This document shows positions 58,614-64,000 of a stretch of DNA of 64,000 bases, piece by piece (position 1 is the stretch's first letter; each line of letters opens with the position of its first letter). The position numbers and the translations under genes were made by a program. Location: NCBI GenBank assembly GCA_017434525.1, contig JAFRFD010000060.1, positions 2,287-66,286 on the forward strand, in the 5' to 3' direction. Under the pieces are notes generated by a model. It searched no databases. It was not told where the DNA came from and was given only the letters and a program-made list of their open reading frames with translations. This DNA comes from Methanobrevibacter sp. Its GTDB lineage: Archaea > Methanobacteriota > Methanobacteria > Methanobacteriales > Methanobacteriaceae.

Positions 58614-59204
58614 ATGAGTCAATATTTTGAAAATGACAATCAGGTAATATCTGATCCAAAATCTGTGACATGCTGGTGCGGAGAGCACTGTTTAAAACTT
58701 ACTACAGATCATGGTGTATTCTCGTATGGCGAAATAGATGATGCATCACAAAAACTGGTAAAGTATTGCCAAAGTCTAAAGGGAGATGTTTTAGACCTGG
58801 GATGTGGTTATGGTTTTATAGGTATTTACCTTAAAACGAAATATCCAACTATAAATTTATATCAATCGGATGTTAATGAAAGGGCTGTATTCCTGTGTAA
58901 AGAAAATTGCTCAACTAATAATATTCAGTCCACAATAATCGTTTCAGATGGTTTCTCTAATATATACAGCACTTTTGATTATATCGTTTTTAATCCACCG
59001 ATCCATGCGGGAAAAACAGTCTGCAACAGTTTAATTGATACCGCTTTTATTCATTTAAACAACGGGGGAGTATTATTTCTTGTTTTAAGAAAAAAACATG
59101 GGGCAGAAGGGTATATTAAACGATTTGAAGATAAAGAATATGATTTTTCAATAATAGATAAAAAAGACGGGATATATATAATTTCTATAACAAAACCTGA
59201 ATAA
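58614..59204 (+). CDS. RsmC/YbxB-like small methyltransferase
   Basis: GVFS..ID, VLDLGCGYG and NPPIHAGK motifs. Confidence 0.85.
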   Translation: MSQYFENDNQVISDPKSVTCWCGEHCLKLTTDHGVFSYGEIDDASQKLVKYCQSLKGDVLDLGCGYGFIGIYLKTKYPTINLYQSDVNERAVFLCKENCSTNNIQSTIIVSDGFSNIYSTFDYIVFNPPIHAGKTVCNSLIDTAFIHLNNGGVLFLVLRKKHGAEGYIKRFEDKEYDFSIIDKKDGIYIISITKPE

Positions 59205-59220
59205 TATCGTACAGACGTAC

Positions 59221-59943
59221 TTAAATAAGCTCTAAATGTCCGTTCTTTATCATATACATATTCTCGTATTTAATTCCTATAGAACTGCCTATCTTACAAA
59301 TATGCGGCTCATATGTAATTGGTTTGCCATACTTAGATATTACTTTTGTCTCTTCGGGAATTATTGTTACCCTGTTATCAGGATGTATTTCTATAGAATG
59401 TCCGAAATTGCCATGGTAATCACAATTGTAATAACCTTTCTGCTCCAAAACCTTTGTCGTCATTTTATGAATATCAGCAAAGGTGGTATCATTGTTAACA
59501 GTTTTTAGAAGTAGTTCATGAAGCTCATATTCCAGATTCATACCCGTAATGAGTTCTTGATTTGTTGATTGTTCCCAAGGAACACAAACACCATTTTCTA
59601 TAGCATATGTTCTTGTCATATCGCCCCACCCAATTCCGAACATCGGAGCAACATCTATTGTTATTACATCATTATCTGATACCAGTAGTTCCTCAAAAAG
59701 ATGCTGTGGATCTTCGTGTGCTGAATATGTTAGATATGGTCCATATAGAATTAATGCAGCATCCCCATGTGTCCACCAGCCTGTACTGCCTTTAGAAAGC
59801 ATTAGTTCTTCACATAACTTATGTATTTCTTCTCTTGATATTCCACTTTTTAGATATGCAGGTATCGTTTCAAGGCAATAGCGAGCTATTTCCTGCGCTT
59901 TATAAATAAGTTCTAAATCAATATCTAGCAAATTTTTGCTCAT
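59221..59943 (-). CDS. M24 family metallopeptidase (catalytic domain only)
   Basis: Pita-bread metal ligands: IDVAP, GDMTRT, GHSI, YEPH and YEN. Confidence 0.8.
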   Translation of the reverse strand: MSKNLLDIDLELIYKAQEIARYCLETIPAYLKSGISREEIHKLCEELMLSKGSTGWWTHGDAALILYGPYLTYSAHEDPQHLFEELLVSDNDVITIDVAPMFGIGWGDMTRTYAIENGVCVPWEQSTNQELITGMNLEYELHELLLKTVNNDTTFADIHKMTTKVLEQKGYYNCDYHGNFGHSIEIHPDNRVTIIPEETKVISKYGKPITYEPHICKIGSSIGIKYENMYMIKNGHLELI

Positions 59944-59993
59944 TAATGTAACTCCTTATTATCTATTCAAAAACAAAGTGTTTCGAGGTATTC

Positions 59994-60875
59994 ATGCTAT
60001 ATTTTGAAAACAGCAAAAACCGGAATATTCTTGCACTATTATTTACTTGTTTCGCTCTTCTTGAGTCTATCTTCTTTGGATTTGCTATCGAAGAATTATA
60101 TAGCTTTATGTATCCTTTTATGCTGGATATCCTTACGGTTTTTATAATAGCATGTTTATGCTATTTTTTGGATTTTAAAAGAAAAATGAATTCACTGTTC
60201 ATTTTCATAGGATCATTTGCAGCTGCTTTGTTTTCCGAATTATGTTTCCTATATTTTCGTTACGGATCTGAAACAGGCTTTTATAGAATTCCTTCAATTG
60301 AATTTCTAAAAGCTTTTTCAATTACTTTACTTGTTCATATCTTATGTCTAGTTATATATGGCCTGCTGAAAATTAAGTATCCAATCAATAAGATATTGTA
60401 TTTGATTCCTGTTGCTATTTACTTTATATATTCAGTTTTGACTAAAGATCTAATTCAATCTATTTTGATTTGCTTAACTTTCATTATCGCTTTCTATTTT
60501 CTGGATCACCTTAAAGGCAAAAATTGTAAAATACTCACTAAATATATTATTCTTCTCTTCACTCTATATATTGTTTGTCTTGTTGTTTATTTTTCATATA
60601 AAGATGGTATTTTGTTAACACAGGAAGCCAGTTCATTTGTAAATATTTTGATCATACTGGCGGGAATTATTCTATTATTGTTTTCCAAAAGATACGGATT
60701 ATACCTTATCGAGTTTATTTCATTTTATATGTCATTGCCATATCTTTATGTATCAATTAAAGATTCAAGTATGAGATACAATCTTATAGGCATCTTTCCT
60801 TTGATGCTGTTAGGTTTTTGTTCTTTATTAATTAATCATTTGATAGACACTGTTAATAGCAAGGAGGAAGTTTGA
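59994..60875 (+). CDS. Hypothetical polytopic membrane protein
   Basis: About nine or more hydrophobic segments; GAGGT SD; stop codon overlaps the next start. Confidence 0.7.
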   Translation: MLYFENSKNRNILALLFTCFALLESIFFGFAIEELYSFMYPFMLDILTVFIIACLCYFLDFKRKMNSLFIFIGSFAAALFSELCFLYFRYGSETGFYRIPSIEFLKAFSITLLVHILCLVIYGLLKIKYPINKILYLIPVAIYFIYSVLTKDLIQSILICLTFIIAFYFLDHLKGKNCKILTKYIILLFTLYIVCLVVYFSYKDGILLTQEASSFVNILIILAGIILLLFSKRYGLYLIEFISFYMSLPYLYVSIKDSSMRYNLIGIFPLMLLGFCSLLINHLIDTVNSKEEV

Positions 60876-61825
60876 TGAGAGTTATTTTGGATTGCGATAC
60901 AGGCCATGATGATGCAGCTGCTATAACATTATGTCTTGCAAGCAAAGATATTGAGTTGCTTGGTGTGACTACGGTTATGGGAAATTTGCCGTTGGATCAG
61001 ACATATAGAAATACAAGAGATCTGATAGCTCATTTTAAAGTTGATGTACCAGTATTACGCGGCAGCTCTGATCCATTGATTAGAAACAGATGGGTTGGTT
61101 CAGAGGAAGATAGGGGAAGATTTTTTCCTGATGAAACACTGATATATCAAGATGAGATGGATCTTGATGCAGTTGAATGGATGAAAGAACAATTAGAAAA
61201 TTCTGAGAACAAAGTTACTTTAGTTCCATTAGCCCCAATGACTAATATCGCAAAACTGATGACGTTCTATCCTGATCTTGTCGAAGAAAAAGTAGACAGG
61301 ATAGTATGCATGGGTGGGGGATATAAATTTGGAAACTCTACAGGTGCAGCTGAACTCAATATTTATGCTGATCCTGAAGCTGCACAAGCCGTATTCTCAT
61401 TTGGCATCCCTATTGTCATGTGTGGTTTGGATGTCTGCCATAACGCTTTTATCACTAAAGAAGATTATTATAATGTTTTGAAAAGTAACAAAAACATGGC
61501 TTCTTCTTTCATCTCTCAGATCTGTGAAGCATCTTTTGCTTTTGAAGAAAGAGATGATATTGATGAAAGATTCAAATTATGGAAACGTCCAGGCGCAATT
61601 GTTTATGACACTGTTCCCATCATTTATCTGTTGCATCCTGAACTGTTTAATACTTTACCTGCTTCAATATCTGTTGAATGTGAATCCGAATTCTGCGATG
61701 GTATGACTGTATGCAATGTCAGTCCACGGAGTGAGGAACCTAAGATCCATACTTTGGTTCTGGATCTTGACAGAGAAGGCTATATAAATGCAATGAAATC
61801 CATATTAGATAATTCAAGTATTTAG
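60875..61825 (+). CDS. Nucleoside hydrolase (IUNH family)
   Basis: DCDTGHDD, PMTN.A, MGG, AELNIYADPEAA and GLDV motifs. Confidence 0.92.
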   Translation: MRVILDCDTGHDDAAAITLCLASKDIELLGVTTVMGNLPLDQTYRNTRDLIAHFKVDVPVLRGSSDPLIRNRWVGSEEDRGRFFPDETLIYQDEMDLDAVEWMKEQLENSENKVTLVPLAPMTNIAKLMTFYPDLVEEKVDRIVCMGGGYKFGNSTGAAELNIYADPEAAQAVFSFGIPIVMCGLDVCHNAFITKEDYYNVLKSNKNMASSFISQICEASFAFEERDDIDERFKLWKRPGAIVYDTVPIIYLLHPELFNTLPASISVECESEFCDGMTVCNVSPRSEEPKIHTLVLDLDREGYINAMKSILDNSSI

Positions 61826-61841
61826 TTCGGAGGAAAATATA

Positions 61842-62801
61842 ATGGAAAAGAAAACACCTTTGATAATAGATTTCGATCCGGGCCTTGATGATGCTGTATG
61901 CTTTTTTATGATTGCTGGATCAAATATGTATGACATATTGGGAGTATGTCCTGTCAGCGGCAATAAAGGACTTGAGATAACAGAAAAAAACGCATTGAAG
62001 CTTTGTGAACTAATTGGAAGAAGTGATATACCTGTTCTTAGAGGAGCCAAAAAAGGAATATTAAAAGGAAAGCGGACTTCCGGAAACGTACATGGCCAAA
62101 GTGGATTTGGAAGAAATGTAGATCTTCCTGAACCTGTAAAGCAAGTCGAGAAAAAATACGCTTGGGATTTTATATATGATAGTGCGATCAAATACCCTGG
62201 AGAATTAGAAATATTAGCTGTTGGGCCATTAACTAATCTTGGAATTGCATTTATAAAATATCCAGATCTGAATCAGTATATTAAGCGTATTGTTATAATG
62301 GGTGGTGGTTTTTCACACGGAAACTGGACAGCAGCTGCTGAATTCAATATCTGGGCTGATCCGGATGCGGCAAGAATAGTATTTGAAGCAGGTGTTCCAA
62401 TGGCGATGATGGGACTTGATATATGCGAAAAAGCTATTATAGATAAGGAAGATCTTGCCAGATTGGATAACGGAGGGAAGATATCTAAAGTTGCCGCAGA
62501 TCTTATGAGAGACAGAGTTCTTGGTCCCCCTGATATGCCGGAAGAAATGAAAAAGAATCGCATTGGCGGTATTTTGTGTGATGCTGTAGCAGCATGTTAT
62601 ATGATTGACCCGACTGTTATCGAGACAGAATATGTTGAAGTAAGAGTAGAAACTAAAGGTACTCTAACAGAAGGGAAAACATATGCATTACGTCCTTTTA
62701 CAGAAACAGAGATCTATAAGCCCAATACATATGCTGGGGTAAATATTGACCGAAAAGCTTTTGCTGATGTTATGATCAGGATGATTGCAAAATTAGACTA
62801 A
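61842..62801 (+). CDS. Nucleoside hydrolase (IUNH family)
   Basis: DFDPGLDD, VHGQSG, GPLTN and AEFNIWADPDAA motifs. Confidence 0.93.
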   Translation: MEKKTPLIIDFDPGLDDAVCFFMIAGSNMYDILGVCPVSGNKGLEITEKNALKLCELIGRSDIPVLRGAKKGILKGKRTSGNVHGQSGFGRNVDLPEPVKQVEKKYAWDFIYDSAIKYPGELEILAVGPLTNLGIAFIKYPDLNQYIKRIVIMGGGFSHGNWTAAAEFNIWADPDAARIVFEAGVPMAMMGLDICEKAIIDKEDLARLDNGGKISKVAADLMRDRVLGPPDMPEEMKKNRIGGILCDAVAACYMIDPTVIETEYVEVRVETKGTLTEGKTYALRPFTETEIYKPNTYAGVNIDRKAFADVMIRMIAKLD

Positions 62802-62824
62802 AAATATTGATATTTATACAAAAT

Positions 62825-62859
62825 AAAACCTCTTTTGCAATAAACAAAAGAGGTTTTTT
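62825..62859. terminator. Bidirectional terminator between the nucleoside hydrolase and tRNA-Ser
   Basis: AAAACCTCTTTTG-N7-CAAAAGAGGTTTT. Confidence 0.85.
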
Positions 62860-62860
62860 G

Positions 62861-62952
62861 TGGCGGAGAAGGAGGGATTCGAACCCTCGAAGCGTTTTAC
62901 CGCTTACACGATTTCCAATCGTGCGCCCTCGGCCAAACTAGGCGACTTCTCC
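62861..62952 (-). tRNA. tRNA-Ser(GGA)
   Basis: Minus-strand anticodon arm CACGA-TT-GGA-AA-TCGTG, long variable arm, GCCA end; promoter TTGACA-17-TATACT at 63000..62972. Confidence 0.96.
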
Positions 62953-63086
62953 ATTTGGCTGAAACTAGTTTAGTATATCAGCGATATATGTGTTTGTCAA
63001 ACCGAATTCTAATACATATTTATATGTAATATTGTGAAAACTATTTCTTTGAGATAAAATAAACTAGATTTATGGGAGGATTATTT

Positions 63087-64000
63087 ATGGAACGTACAGA
63101 AATTAAAACATTATTTGATAATGTACAAGAAAATGAATCTGAAATAACTGTGGCTGGCTGGGTAAAGACTTCCAGAGAAAGTAAGAATATTGCATTTATT
63201 GAACTGAACGACGGCAGTTGTTTTAAAAACCTTCAGGTTATACTTGAAAGCTCAAAATTTGAAGATGAATCAAATTATAAACGAGTAGCCAATGCTGCAG
63301 TTGGTTCAGCTGTAATAGTTCACGGCAAGTTAATTCTTACACCAGAAGCAAAACAGCCATTTGAACTTAATGCTGATTCTGCAGAGATCGTTGGGGTCGT
63401 AGAAGAAGGATATCCTCTTCAGAAAAAAAGAATGACTCCTGAATTTCTTCGTCAGTTCCCGCATTTAAGAGCCAGAACAAATACTTTCGGTGCTGCTTTC
63501 AGAGTCCGCAGTGAAAGTGCATTTGCTATACACAAGTTTTTCCATGATAACGGTTTTGTATACGTTCATACTCCTCTGATCACCGGAAGCGATGCCGAAG
63601 GAGCAGGAGCGATGTTCCGTGTAACTACTATTGACCCTGCAAATCCTCCCAGACAAGATGACGGATCTGTTGATTATTCTCAGGACTTCTTTGGGCGTGA
63701 GACACATCTTACAGTATCAGGTCAGCTTGAAGGGGAGAGCATGGCTCAAGCCTTCGGTAAGATCTATACGTTCGGACCAACATTCCGAGCTGAAAAATCT
63801 AATACCACAAGACACGCTGCAGAGTTCTGGATGATTGAACCGGAAATGGCTTTTTGCGATCTTGATGGATATATGGATACTGCAGAAGCAATGGTTAAAT
63901 CTTGCGTTTCATATTTGCTTGATAATTGTCCAGATGAATTGGATTTCTTTAATAGGTTTTATGATAACAATCTTTTAGATAAACTTAATAAATTGGTAAA
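63087..64000 (+). CDS. asnS: Asparagine-tRNA ligase, 3'-truncated by the window edge (absent from the ORF track)
   Basis: GGAGG SD and ATG at 63087; translates to MERTEIK..VAGWV..FIELNDGS, HLRART, LTVSGQLEGE, FGPTFRAEKSNTTRHAAEFWMIEPE. Confidence 0.96.
   Translation, partial: MERTEIKTLFDNVQENESEITVAGWVKTSRESKNIAFIELNDGSCFKNLQVILESSKFEDESNYKRVANAAVGSAVIVHGKLILTPEAKQPFELNADSAEIVGVVEEGYPLQKKRMTPEFLRQFPHLRARTNTFGAAFRVRSESAFAIHKFFHDNGFVYVHTPLITGSDAEGAGAMFRVTTIDPANPPRQDDGSVDYSQDFFGRETHLTVSGQLEGESMAQAFGKIYTFGPTFRAEKSNTTRHAAEFWMIEPEMAFCDLDGYMDTAEAMVKSCVSYLLDNCPDELDFFNRFYDNNLLDKLNKLV

Noticed and set aside
62953-63086. T-box upstream of asnS
   Set aside because: Only ~134 nt holding divergent promoters; no T-box motif or terminator.
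63465-63834. Two short ORFs near the right edge
   Set aside because: Out-of-frame or antisense shadows of asnS, which the ORF track missed because it has no stop within the window.

Overview
An AT-rich chromosomal backbone segment from a Bacillota genome. Gene content and order suggest Clostridia, probably Oscillospirales/Ruminococcaceae-like; this is an inference. Most genes lie on the + strand and are housekeeping: a topoisomerase II pair lacking a GyrA-box, secG, RNase P RNA, the TIGR03960/TIGR03936-like radical SAM pair, rplS-lepB-rbgA-rnhB, tig-clpP-clpX-lon-engB, yerC-hslO, ruvCAB, an ECF module, truA, a Zn-finger Clp ATPase, rpsF-ssb-rpsR, prfB, livKHMGF, a dnaD/dnaC-like pair, thiT under a TPP riboswitch, prmC, a lipoprotein-RR-HK trio, udk, a heterodimeric ABC exporter, fadD, a GH25 lysozyme, lgt, galE, ansA, two nucleoside hydrolases and a truncated asnS. 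There are ten tRNA genes. I saw no CRISPR array, integrase, transposase or prophage. The best unannotated signal is a 27-codon leader peptide at 32571..32654 with 13 consecutive Leu/Val/Ile codons, alternative hairpins and an intrinsic terminator upstream of livK. It looks like a ribosome-mediated BCAA attenuator controlling a transporter operon, where a T-box would be expected. Other items worth checking: prfB has lost its programmed frameshift; a minimal kinase-like gene sits beside an HD-like DUF5662 gene between two tRNAs; the tandem nucleoside hydrolases have non-canonical catalytic residues; and a candidate operator is shared by yerC and the liv promoter.
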